A DNA stretch of 32,000 bases from a virus. This document shows positions 16,897-25,173 of the stretch, in pieces. Position numbers and translations under genes: made by a program. The notes beneath the pieces were generated by a model, which worked only from the letters and a program-made list of their open reading frames with translations, was not told where the DNA came from and searched no databases. Where the stretch lies: positions 45,723 to 77,722 of IMG/VR virus record IMGVR_UViG_3300045988_183639. The stretch is one strand, 5' to 3'. Numbering within the stretch: the first letter of the stretch is position 1; the number at the start of each line of letters is the position of its first letter.

Positions 16897-17565
16897 ATGG
16901 CTGGTCAGATGAAGGTAGGTCTGATTGGTGAATCTGTCACCATGCACTATCTTGACTACTACTGTGAGACACACAAGGACAGGATTGCGGGATTTTCGGA
17001 TGTTCGGGACGATAAACGGTATCAGGAAGACGACATCGACTTCGTTGTATACAGAAAAGACGGTTCTTCATTCACGGTTGAAGCCAAGGCTGACACCTAC
17101 AAAACCGGGAATGTCTTCCTCGAAACAGCGGTGAATAGTTTCGCTATCGGAGAAGATGACAAGCTGCTTCGGTTTGGAAAATACCAGAAAGCGATAGCCA
17201 AGCACTCAAAGGGATGGCTGTACAAGGAAGCTGACTATATCTTTTATTATTTCACAGAGACTAGGCAAATATATGTCTTTGAGCGCATGGCGGCAATGCA
17301 CTATCTCGATTTCGCTCTGTGCTCGGATACGGTGTTCGTCCACGATGAACGAAGACCTTTCGGAAGGGCTGCGGAAAACAAAGAGCAGCGAAGTAACTAC
17401 ATGCAATACTACGGTACAGGCTTTTGCGTGAACGCGGAACAGATGCGCCGTTCTGATGTCATTGACCACAGGATGCATCGCGTCGGCAACAGGAGTCTAC
17501 GATTTCCGGAACGCATCGAGCCCGGGAAAGTGTTTGAACATTTTGTAAATCATACTTGTATTTGA
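16897..17565 (+). CDS. PD-(D/E)XK nuclease-like protein
   Basis: DDIDFVVYRKDGSSFTVEAKAD, D...ExK pattern. Confidence 0.6.
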   Translation: MAGQMKVGLIGESVTMHYLDYYCETHKDRIAGFSDVRDDKRYQEDDIDFVVYRKDGSSFTVEAKADTYKTGNVFLETAVNSFAIGEDDKLLRFGKYQKAIAKHSKGWLYKEADYIFYYFTETRQIYVFERMAAMHYLDFALCSDTVFVHDERRPFGRAAENKEQRSNYMQYYGTGFCVNAEQMRRSDVIDHRMHRVGNRSLRFPERIEPGKVFEHFVNHTCI

Positions 17566-17594
17566 TACACTTTCGCGCCAAAATATGGTATAAT
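17556..17594 (+). promoter_or_regulatory. promoter, family 2 (extended -10)
   Basis: TTGTATTTGATACAC...TATGGTATAATGC. Confidence 0.6.
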
Positions 17595-17697
17595 GCAAGT
17601 ACAGAAACAGAAAAGCAGCGGGTTGAAGCACGCCCTATATATTGCGGTTGTTTTCTGTGTTTTTCCATTCTTAATACTATATATAGTGTTTATAGCG

Positions 17698-17726
17698 TTG
17701 ACGGATTACCACATTTATGGTATAAT
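17698..17726 (+). promoter_or_regulatory. strong sigma70-like promoter of tRNA array
   Basis: TTGACG (17698-17703), 17-nt spacer, ATGG-TATAAT (17721-17726). Confidence 0.8.
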
Positions 17727-17764
17727 GCAACTACTCTCGGGAGATAGCCACTTCTCCCGAATAT

Positions 17765-17837
17765 GCTTCTGTAGCTCAGATGGCAGAGCAGCTGTTTTGT
17801 AAGCAGCAGGTTGCAGGTTCGAATCCTGTCGGAAGCT
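17765..17837 (+). tRNA. tRNA-Thr(TGT)
   Basis: Acceptor GCTTCTG/CGGAAGC; loop TTTGTAA; T-arm GCAGGTTCGAATCCTGT. Confidence 0.9.
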
Positions 17838-17921
17838 GATGCCGGGAAGATGACCTCCACGCGGTCGGCATCGGGCAACAGGCTTAACCTCCCTTAGCTT
17901 GGCAAACATCTTCGCAGATAA
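17838..17921 (+). ncRNA. recurring structured RNA element, copy A
   Basis: GATGCCG/CGGCATC stem around ggaagatgACCTCCACGCGGt, then GGGCAAC. Confidence 0.6.
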
Positions 17922-17937
17922 CATAAAACTCTTAGAA

Positions 17938-18041
17938 GATACCAGATATGCTCCGAAACAACATTATAGTTTTACACACACTTACATACACATCTGCTTG
18001 CAGCTGGTTGTAGAGCGGCGGCAAGCATCGTATCTGGTATC
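17938..18041 (+). other. long-range 11-bp inverted repeat in non-coding RNA region
   Basis: GATACCAGATA (17938-17948) / TATCTGGTATC (18031-18041), perfect. Confidence 0.6.
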
Positions 18042-18052
18042 CCATAAGAGTT

Positions 18053-18130
18053 GCCGCTCATAAAGACAGCCTCCTCGCGGCGAGCGGCGGTAACGCGGGT
18101 ATTGAGCTCCCCGTGGCAAATGTCTTTTCT
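18053..18130 (+). ncRNA. recurring structured RNA element, copy B
   Basis: GCCGCTC/GAGCGGC stem around ataaagaCAGCCTCCTCGCGGc, then GGTAAC. Confidence 0.6.
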
Positions 18131-18133
18131 CTT

Positions 18134-18209
18134 GGGTCGTTAGCTCAGTCGGCAGAGCATCGGACTGTTAATCCGAGCGTCACTGGTTCGAACCCAGTAC
18201 GACCCGCCA
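18134..18209 (+). tRNA. tRNA-Asn(GTT)
   Basis: Acceptor GGGTCGT/ACGACCC, loop CTGTTAA, encoded CCA. Confidence 0.93.
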
Positions 18210-18210
18210 C

Positions 18211-18280
18211 GCGGAGTATAGCAAAGGTAGCTTACCAGCCCCATACGCTGGCGGTTGCAGGTTCAAGTCCTGTCTCCGCA
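18211..18280 (+). tRNA. tRNA-Met(CAT)
   Basis: CCAGC-CCCATAC-GCTGG anticodon arm, GCAGGTTCAAGTCCTGT T-arm; 1 nt from tRNA-Asn; short D stem. Confidence 0.82.
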
Positions 18281-18351
18281 CCCATCGTCCATGCCATGAC
18301 GTTAAACCGGCTATTCATGTCAATCGGTCGGACGTAAAATGACCGAAATAT

Positions 18352-18442
18352 TCTGGTATCGAATACGAAGGTTGCAATGCACCATGGTTAATTCGCCCGC
18401 AGCGCACGGGAAAAGGTGGTTCAACTCCACCTGCCAGAGCCA
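18352..18442 (+). tRNA. unusual tRNA-like gene, apparent anticodon GCG, expanded D-loop
   Basis: Acceptor TCTGGTA/TGCCAGA all paired, G73-CCA, T-arm GGTGG-TTCAACT-CCACC; ~19-nt extra sequence in D-loop; loop CAGCGCA lacks U33. Confidence 0.5.
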
Positions 18443-18931
18443 TGACCTGTTGGAAGCGATTCTAGCAGGTCAAATAAAACAGGGAGGGCACTCCGATGCA
18501 GTAATTACCGCGTCCGAATGTCAAAATCAAGGAAAGGGTCACACCGATGTACTGATTTGCCTGATGGCGGGCAGCTCCCGCCTTAAAACACCATGATAGG
18601 TAGCGCCTATCTGAGTGCGTCCATACCTCGGCGCACTCAGCCACCCGATGGGACAGCCTCCACGCGGCGGGTGGTGGACAGCGACTATGATTGCCGCTGA
18701 CGAATGTCCTTTCAGGAACCGCATTGCATTCCCTGTGCAAGCGGTATCCTAAACGGTCAGGAAGCTGTGTGGGCGAGTGCTTCCTCTTGTGCTTCGGCGC
18801 AGAAACAACAAATCTCGTCCCGCTAAGCATGCATCGTACGAGCATCCCCGTTAAGCCGGGGCGCAGCCAGACGCGACATAGCCGAAAAAGGCGAGACTGC
18901 TGCGCGGCATCTGGTAAGTTTGCCGCAGTCT
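18443..18931 (+). ncRNA. candidate large structured non-coding RNA (ROOL/GOLLD-like class by size and context only)
   Basis: Perfect stems TGACCTG/CAGGTCA, GGCGGG/CCCGCC, CTGAGTGCG/CGCACTCAG, CCACCCG/CGGGTGG, AGGAAGC/GCTTCCT, AGACTGC/GCAGTCT; no credible ORF. Confidence 0.55.
18641..18717 (+). ncRNA. recurring structured RNA element, copy C
   Basis: CCACCCG/CGGGTGG around atgggaCAGCCTCCACGCGG, then TGGACAG and a CAGCG/CGCTG hairpin. Confidence 0.6.
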
Positions 18932-19080
18932 TACACAGCCCATAGCATTCCGTTGACCCGAATTGACAGGGAAGTAACGGCAGGGCTTGAATTGAAGTTG
19001 ACCAGTGTCCAAAATGCTTTTCCGGATTCTTTCGTATCGTCCACGCAGAGATTCGCGGAATCGCTAAGAGGCACAAAGAT

Positions 19081-19150
19081 GATGTTTCGGGGATGACGAC
19101 CTACTAAACGGACATCATGGCGGGGCTAAGAGAGGGTTCACCCGCTTTTT
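19081..19150 (+). ncRNA. recurring structured RNA element, divergent copy E
   Basis: ATGATGT/ACATCAT around ttcggggatgaCGACCTACTAAACGG, directly upstream of tRNA-Gly. Confidence 0.4.
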
Positions 19151-19155
19151 CTCAT

Positions 19156-19230
19156 GCAGGCATCGTATAGGGGTTAATACACCAGCCTTCCAAGCTGGTC
19201 ACGCGGGTTCGAATCCCGCTGCCCGCTCCA
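19156..19230 (+). tRNA. tRNA-Gly(TCC)
   Basis: CCAGC-CTTCCAA-GCTGG; T-arm GCGGGTTCGAATCCCGC; CCA encoded. Confidence 0.88.
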
Positions 19231-19503
19231 CCGTCGCCGTCACCGTACGCCACGACATTAAATTTGGCGAGCATGGTCCACTTGTGGTCCGCTGTCGAAT
19301 GCCAACGGACAGCCAAAAAATCAATCGGCAAACAGGTGCTGCACCTGAAGGTATCCGAAAGTCTCGGCATCAGTCGCGAATGGTGCTGAAAAACATCGGA
19401 GAGGATACAGCGCAGAATCCTCCGGGGTTGCTACCGGATGGTGCTGGACGCGAGGTTGGCTTCCTCGCTGAGGGGTGATAACCAGCATAAAACACCCTAC
19501 CGT

Positions 19504-19579
19504 GCTTGGTTAGCTCAGTTGGTAGAGCAGCGCATTCGTAACGCGCAGGTCGGCAGTTCGAGTCTGCCATCAAGCTCCA
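19504..19579 (+). tRNA. tRNA-Thr(CGT)
   Basis: Acceptor GCTTGGT/ATCAAGC; loop TTCGTAA; CCA encoded. Confidence 0.92.
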
Positions 19580-19780
19580 CGGTCCGATTGGGTGACGCGC
19601 TCTTTGAGAATCCGCCCAAGAAGCTGTCAGCGGGGGCATGCACTTGCTGACGGTTGGCTAAGTCCTTACGGAAGTCGTCGTAGCCGGAACCGAACACGAA
19701 TGGGCAACGTAAAGCCCCGCACGGCAGAGCGTTATCTGCTTTAGCGCATGACAACTCTAAGTAGGAAGGAGATGATTCCG

Positions 19781-20164
19781 ATGGAGCAGGCAATTATCAA
19801 CGTCGAAGGCACATCAACGATTGAAACCGCAGCGGCGGCTAAGAAGTTGATTGAGACCTTCGGAAGTCAGAACATCCGTGCTCTCTCGGTCAAGCGCGTG
19901 GACGAGAACAGTAACGAAGTCGTTGTTGAACTCGATTTTGTACCGGGTCTGGCACCGCATCTGCACGGCTTCGCTTTGCAAGTCAATGGCTTGACTGCGG
20001 GTTACGACGGCACCGGCCCCTCGAACCTGTACGAAGTACTGCAAGCAGCTGGCGTCGATGAGCGCCTTCTGACGCGTGAGGATATCACGCAGAAGAGCGA
20101 CAAGACCATTCCGCTGCATCTGGAGCGCGAGGTCAAACAGTACGGCGAACTTCATTACGCGTAA
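19781..20164 (+). CDS. hypothetical protein
   Basis: ORF with strong RBS ggaaggag. Confidence 0.75.
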   Translation: MEQAIINVEGTSTIETAAAAKKLIETFGSQNIRALSVKRVDENSNEVVVELDFVPGLAPHLHGFALQVNGLTAGYDGTGPSNLYEVLQAAGVDERLLTREDITQKSDKTIPLHLEREVKQYGELHYA

Positions 20165-20191
20165 TTACTGGCGGGTCCTTCCCGCCATCAT

Positions 20192-20267
20192 GGGGGCATA
20201 GCTCAGTTGGGAGAGCACCTGCTTTGCAAGCAGGGGGTCGAGGGTTCGAATCCCTTTGCTTCCACCA
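20192..20267 (+). tRNA. tRNA-Ala(TGC)
   Basis: Acceptor GGGGGCA/TGCTTCC, loop TTTGCAA, CCA encoded. Confidence 0.93.
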
Positions 20268-20498
20268 CCAGACACATCTCCATCTTGGAAATCGTCTCTG
20301 GGCGTGCATTGTACTGTTACACAAGCGCAGTACGGTCATTTATTTGGTGCGGTACTCCTTAACTACACCACGAAGACGATAATCCTGCCCGCACCGCCCC
20401 CATCTGAGGGTCATTTACACAGGGTTACGTCAAGCCGAAAACATCATGCCGAGTGGCGAAAACGGCTGCGGCATGGGCGAGACAAATTCGTCTCGTCA

Positions 20499-20571
20499 GC
20501 CATCTTTTGAGAGCGACCTCCACGCGGTAGATGGCGGGCAACGCAGATTTCTGCGGCTAACACTCTCTGAT
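20499..20571 (+). ncRNA. recurring structured RNA element, copy D
   Basis: GCCATCT/AGATGGC around tttgagagcGACCTCCACGCGGt, then GGGCAAC and CGCAG-ATTT-CTGCG; ends just before tRNA-Ser. Confidence 0.6.
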
Positions 20572-20575
20572 TCTT

Positions 20576-20663
20576 GGATAGGTGTCCGAGTGGTTTATGG
20601 AACTGGTCTTGAAAACCAGAGATGCATCCGCGTCCGTGGGTTCGAATCCTACCCTATCCGCCA
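20576..20663 (+). tRNA. tRNA-Ser(TGA)
   Basis: Acceptor GGATAGG/CCTATCC, loop CTTGAAA, long variable arm, CCA encoded. Confidence 0.93.
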
Positions 20664-20798
20664 TCAGCAGTCGGATACACTCTGTACCCGGCTGCTTTTT
20701 ACATATTTGCGCTTCTTTTCATCGTACCAGAATCGTTTTTTCTCCGATAGGAGCCTCTCGGATTCTGTTGCGATTTGTGAACATTACGTTAATCATGG

Positions 20799-20837
20799 TT
20801 GTACTCAGTACACTTTCAAGGAAAAATGTGGTATAAT
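20799..20837 (+). promoter_or_regulatory. promoter, family 2 (TTGTACTCAGTACAC...TGTGGTATAATGC)
   Basis: Extended -10 TGGTATAAT with upstream TTGTACT-N3-TACA. Confidence 0.65.
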
Positions 20838-20943
20838 GCATATAGAGCGACAGGGAAAACGAAATATCAGAAGTCCTCCGCTCTTCACATCGTTTCGTTG
20901 ATGTGGGGACTCACCCCACACAGTAAAAAGGAGAAGTAAAATC

Positions 20944-23913
20944 ATGCGCAAAAAGTCTATGATGAAGAATGTGCTTGCAGTTGCCATGGCTGCTACAGTC
21001 GCAATCTCTGTTACCGGATGTAAGGGCAAGAAGAATCAGGATGCTGCCTCTTCTGCTCCTTCCACCAGCCTGAGCGATTCCGCAAGCACCGCACAGTCCG
21101 AAACCCCCGACACTGCCGAGAAGGAAGATACCAGCGCGGCGGCGTCCGAGAGCAAGGCTGAGAGTGAAGCCGAGAGCAAGCCCGATTCCAATGCTGCCAG
21201 CACCGAGAACAAGACCGCTGAGTCTGAGGCTGCTTCCGACAAGGCTGAGAAGCCCGCTGCCAGCCAGAACACGAACCCCGACAATGTTTCTACTAAGGAT
21301 GGTCCCGCCAAGGCTCCCGTCTACAACACCCATAAAACCACCAACGGCACCAAGACTCCTGCTCAGAAGCCTGCTGCTGTGACTCCCGCTGCCGCTCCTG
21401 CCGAGAAGAAGTCTCAGCCCGTCTACACCTTCACCGTGCGCCATCATGACGCCACCTGCACCACGCAGGGCTATGATGAGCATATCTGCAACGAGTGGGG
21501 CGGTATGAACTACAACGACAACTATGTTGCCGCCAAGGGTCATAGCTGGGATAACGGCACCGTGACGAAAGCTGCCACCTACACCGAGACCGGCATCAAG
21601 ACCTTCAAGTGCAAGGATTGCGGTGAGACCCGTACTGAGGAGATTCCTTCTCTGGACAAAACCTACCACATCCTGCAGGTCGTTGCTCCCACCTGCACTT
21701 CTGAGGGCTATACCATCTATGAGTGCAATGAGGTTCCGGGTCTTACTTACAAGGGCAATTTCACCGACAAGACCCCGCACACCTATGATGAGGGTGTCGT
21801 GACCAAGGAAGCGACCATCTACGAGAAGGGCGTCAAGACCTTTACCTGCTCTGCTTGCGGTGATACCTATACCGAGGATATCCCGATGGTGGAGAAGACT
21901 TGGCACAAGGGTGATACGGTTGCTCCCACCTGCACTGAGCAGGGCTACACCGTCTACATCTGCGACCAGGACGCCACGCTGACCGAGAACCGCGATTTCG
22001 TGGACGCTCTGGACCATGATTGGGGTGAGGGCGTCGTCACCAAGGCTGCTACCTGCACTAAGGATGGCGAGAAGACCTTTACCTGCTCTCGTGACGGCGC
22101 GACCAAGACTGAGGTCATCCCGGCTGTGGGTCACAAGTGGGATGATGGTACTGTCACCACGCCCGCTACCTGTGAGGCTTCCGGCGTGAAGACCTACAAG
22201 TGCCTGAACGATGGCTGCACCGAGACTAAGACCGAGGAGATTGCCGCGCTTGGTCATAACTACGATGACGGCGTTGTCACCAAGGCTGCTACCTGCACTG
22301 AGGATGGCGTCAAGACCTTCACTTGCCAGAACGACAAGAGCCATACCTACACCGAGGTCATCCCCGCAACCGGTCACGATTACGATGACGGCGTTGTGAC
22401 CACCAAGCCCACCTACACCGAGAACGGTGTCAAGACCTTCACCTGCCACAACTGTGGTGATACCTACACTGAGAGCATTCCGGCTCTGGGTTACACCTAC
22501 AACGAAACCGTGGTCGCTCCTACCTGCACTGAGGACGGCTATACCATGCACGAGTGCGTGGAAGATGCCACCAAGTCCTTCAAGGACAACATCGTCCCTG
22601 CACTGGGTCATGAGTACAAGGAAGTCACTACTCCCGCCACCTGCAAGGACGCTGGCAGCGTAGATAAGGTCTGTGAACGCTGCAACGATAAGCAGCATGT
22701 CCGCGATATCCCCGTCAATGAGGAGCATCAGTGGGACGAGGGTGTTATCACCAAGGAGCCTACTGCCACCGAGCCGGGCATCAAGACCTATACCTGCACC
22801 GTCTGCAACAAGACCAAGACCGAGAGCATTGCCAAGGTCCATGTCCATGAGTACACGGGTCTTGGTGAAATCGTCAAGGAGCCCTCTTGCGAGACTGAGG
22901 GCGAGCGTTGGATGTACTGCACCAATGATGGCTGCGACAGCAAAATTCTCGTTCCTATGCCCGCTATCGGCAGCCACGACTGGGACTTCGAGCACACCGA
23001 ATGCCTGAAAAAGGCTACCTGCACCGAGCCGGGCACTATGCTGATGCACTGCAAGCGCGATGCTTCCCATACCATGACCTACTCCTACGGTGGTACTGGT
23101 CATATCTGGGATGAGGGTGTCATCACTACCCAGCCCACTCATGACGAGTACGGCGTCAAGACCCTGCACTGCAAGAACTGCGATGCGACCATGACCGAAA
23201 AGGTCCTGCCCACCAAGTACACCTTCACTGTTACCGTTGTCCCGCCGACTTGCACCGAGGACGGCTATACGATGCACAAGTGCAATGAGGATGACAGCTT
23301 CTCTTACAAGGACAACATTGTACACTCCACTGGTCACCATGCCGAGATGCGTGTCATTGAGCCTACCTGCAAGGAAGAGGGTCGCACCGAAATCTACTGC
23401 ACCGTCTGCGGTGAAGTGAGTACCGTTCTCTCTACCACGCCCAAGAAAGACCATACTTGGGATAACGGTGTCGTTACCACCGAGCCTACCACTGAGCATG
23501 AGGGTGTCAAGACCTACACTTGCACTGGCTGCGGCGAGACCAAGACTGAGTCTATCGCTCGTCTGCCCGCGAGTGCTAAGGTGGCTGCAAACCCTATCGT
23601 AGCCGGGGCTGAGCCTGTTGTCGAGGTTCCGGCGCAGGAAATGAGCGCCGAGAGCATCAACGCCGAGACCTATGTCGCAGAGACTCCGGTTGAGTCTGCT
23701 GTACCTGCTGAAACTCCTGCCGAGCCCGTTGCTCCTGTTGAGCCCGCTGTACCTGCTGAGACTCCTGCCGGGCCTGCCGCTCCTGTTGAGTCTGCTGAGA
23801 CCGAGAAGTCTGCCGAGACTTCCGAGGACAGCACTGACACCAAGCAGGAAGATGCCGACATGCCTAAGGAGACTGAGGCTGAGGTCGTAATCGTTGAGGG
23901 CGCTGCGGAGTAA
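20944..23913 (+). CDS. ~990-aa repetitive surface lipoprotein with CxxC repeats
   Basis: Signal/lipobox AVAISVTGC; A/S/E-rich linker; alternating repeats GVVTKxATxxxxGVKTFTCxxCGxTxTExIP and VxPTCTExGYTxYxC; P/E/A-rich C-terminus. Confidence 0.9.
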   Translation: MRKKSMMKNVLAVAMAATVAISVTGCKGKKNQDAASSAPSTSLSDSASTAQSETPDTAEKEDTSAAASESKAESEAESKPDSNAASTENKTAESEAASDKAEKPAASQNTNPDNVSTKDGPAKAPVYNTHKTTNGTKTPAQKPAAVTPAAAPAEKKSQPVYTFTVRHHDATCTTQGYDEHICNEWGGMNYNDNYVAAKGHSWDNGTVTKAATYTETGIKTFKCKDCGETRTEEIPSLDKTYHILQVVAPTCTSEGYTIYECNEVPGLTYKGNFTDKTPHTYDEGVVTKEATIYEKGVKTFTCSACGDTYTEDIPMVEKTWHKGDTVAPTCTEQGYTVYICDQDATLTENRDFVDALDHDWGEGVVTKAATCTKDGEKTFTCSRDGATKTEVIPAVGHKWDDGTVTTPATCEASGVKTYKCLNDGCTETKTEEIAALGHNYDDGVVTKAATCTEDGVKTFTCQNDKSHTYTEVIPATGHDYDDGVVTTKPTYTENGVKTFTCHNCGDTYTESIPALGYTYNETVVAPTCTEDGYTMHECVEDATKSFKDNIVPALGHEYKEVTTPATCKDAGSVDKVCERCNDKQHVRDIPVNEEHQWDEGVITKEPTATEPGIKTYTCTVCNKTKTESIAKVHVHEYTGLGEIVKEPSCETEGERWMYCTNDGCDSKILVPMPAIGSHDWDFEHTECLKKATCTEPGTMLMHCKRDASHTMTYSYGGTGHIWDEGVITTQPTHDEYGVKTLHCKNCDATMTEKVLPTKYTFTVTVVPPTCTEDGYTMHKCNEDDSFSYKDNIVHSTGHHAEMRVIEPTCKEEGRTEIYCTVCGEVSTVLSTTPKKDHTWDNGVVTTEPTTEHEGVKTYTCTGCGETKTESIARLPASAKVAANPIVAGAEPVVEVPAQEMSAESINAETYVAETPVESAVPAETPAEPVAPVEPAVPAETPAGPAAPVESAETEKSAETSEDSTDTKQEDADMPKETEAEVVIVEGAAE

Positions 23914-23965
23914 ATCTCCCGTTTCCAACACTACAACATAGGTCCGTAAAGACCTGATTCTATCG

Positions 23966-23997
23966 AGGCTTGCCGGGAAACTGGCAAGCCTTTTTTA
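23966..23997 (+). terminator. Rho-independent terminator
   Basis: AGGCTTGCC-GGGAAACT-GGCAAGCCT + TTTTT. Confidence 0.85.
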
Positions 23998-24050
23998 TTG
24001 TCCGGCAGACCCGCGTGGTGCTGATTACGACACAAAGAAAGGTGATACGA

Positions 24051-24761
24051 ATGATTGATTATATTGAGAAAGCAAAGGCATTCGCCATGATGGCGCACAA
24101 GGGCCAGACCGACAAGGCAGGGGAAGACTACTTCACGGCGCATGTGGCCGTTGTCGCAGACGGCGTTGAGCCTGACCCGCTGGTGAAAGCTGCCGCCTAC
24201 CTGCACGACACGGTGGAGGATACCGGCACCACGATAGATACCATCAGAGCGGAATTCCCTCAGGAAGTGGCTGAGGCGGTCTCTGTACTGACTCGGGAAA
24301 AAGATATGACATACGCAGAGTATATCTGGCGTGTTAAGCAAAACGACATTGCCGTCAAGGTAAAACGCGCAGACCTCGTCAGCAACATGGACCTTAACCG
24401 AATCCCGTATTCTCTCACAAGCAAAGACCTTGCGCGAGAAGCCAAGTATCTCCGTGCCTACAAGATGCTTGATGGAAGAAAGACAGTCTCTGCCGTAAAC
24501 CCCTATGCTCTGTATGACTATCTCATCACCTGCGGATGGGAGAATGACCCTACTGAGAATTCAGCATCCGAATCTCCCGTTCTGAAAGCGCCTTCCGGCT
24601 CCTACAAGGTGCTGGTTCCCCTTGATATGCTGCGTACAGATTACGAGCAGCGCCTCAGAGATGCTCTGGAAACGCTTTGCGTCTTCGAGGCGGCACCGAT
24701 GTGCGATATCCTCGGAACGCTCTTATACTGGACGCCAGCGCCCGCAGAGAGCAAGTCCTGA
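24051..24761 (+). CDS. HD-domain hydrolase, RelA/SpoT-MESH1-like
   Basis: AMMAHKGQTDKAG...YFTAH..VVAD..., KAAAYLHDTVEDTG, VSVLTREK. Confidence 0.78.
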   Translation: MIDYIEKAKAFAMMAHKGQTDKAGEDYFTAHVAVVADGVEPDPLVKAAAYLHDTVEDTGTTIDTIRAEFPQEVAEAVSVLTREKDMTYAEYIWRVKQNDIAVKVKRADLVSNMDLNRIPYSLTSKDLAREAKYLRAYKMLDGRKTVSAVNPYALYDYLITCGWENDPTENSASESPVLKAPSGSYKVLVPLDMLRTDYEQRLRDALETLCVFEAAPMCDILGTLLYWTPAPAESKS

Positions 24762-24941
24762 GCCGAGGAAAGCGCTATTTCTGAAACTTGCAAAGACTCG
24801 CGTTTGTGTTGCTGTTGCTTTTGCCTGTTTTCTGACGGGGCAGATTCGAGGCAGATTCAGCACTGATTCGCGCCAGACGAATACGACAAGCAAGCGCACA
24901 AAATGCGACTCGCTCAGATGTTAATTGTTTGTGAATCATAC

Positions 24942-24980
24942 TTGTACTCGCTACAAATCCGCGTCCAAATATGGTATAAT
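24942..24980 (+). promoter_or_regulatory. promoter, family 2
   Basis: TTGTACTCGCTACA...ATGGTATAAT. Confidence 0.6.
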
Positions 24981-25067
24981 ACAAGTATAAAAACAGCGAT
25001 AAAATGTGATATTCGCTGTAAAATCAAGCCATGCAACTGTCGTCTGCTTTTGCGGATGACATACTAT

Positions 25068-25144
25068 GCTCCAGTGGCGAAATTGGCATACGCGGCAGAT
25101 TCAAACTCTGTTTTCTCCGGGTTCAACTCCCGGCTGGAGTACCA
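25068..25144 (+). tRNA. tRNA-Leu(CAA) with short variable region
   Basis: Acceptor GCTCCAG/CTGGAGT, loop TTCAAAC, T-arm CCGGGTTCAACTCCCGG, CCA encoded. Confidence 0.82.
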
Positions 25145-25173
25145 TTTTTGAAATTAACTCAGGGGGTGATTTC

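Noticed and set aside
18462-19076. 204-aa antisense ORF in the tRNA-array spacer
   Set aside because: The region is a succession of perfect hairpins including a recurring covarying RNA element; no RBS or recognisable protein motif.
17838-20571. CRISPR array interpretation of the recurring CCTCCACGCGG elements
   Set aside because: Spacing is irregular and far too large, variable segments pair with each other as stems, and no cas genes are present.
20911-23931. 1006-aa antisense ORF opposite the repetitive lipoprotein
   Set aside because: Low-complexity shadow of a strongly codon-biased repetitive + strand gene that has RBS, signal peptide and lipobox; no equivalent initiation signals on the - strand.
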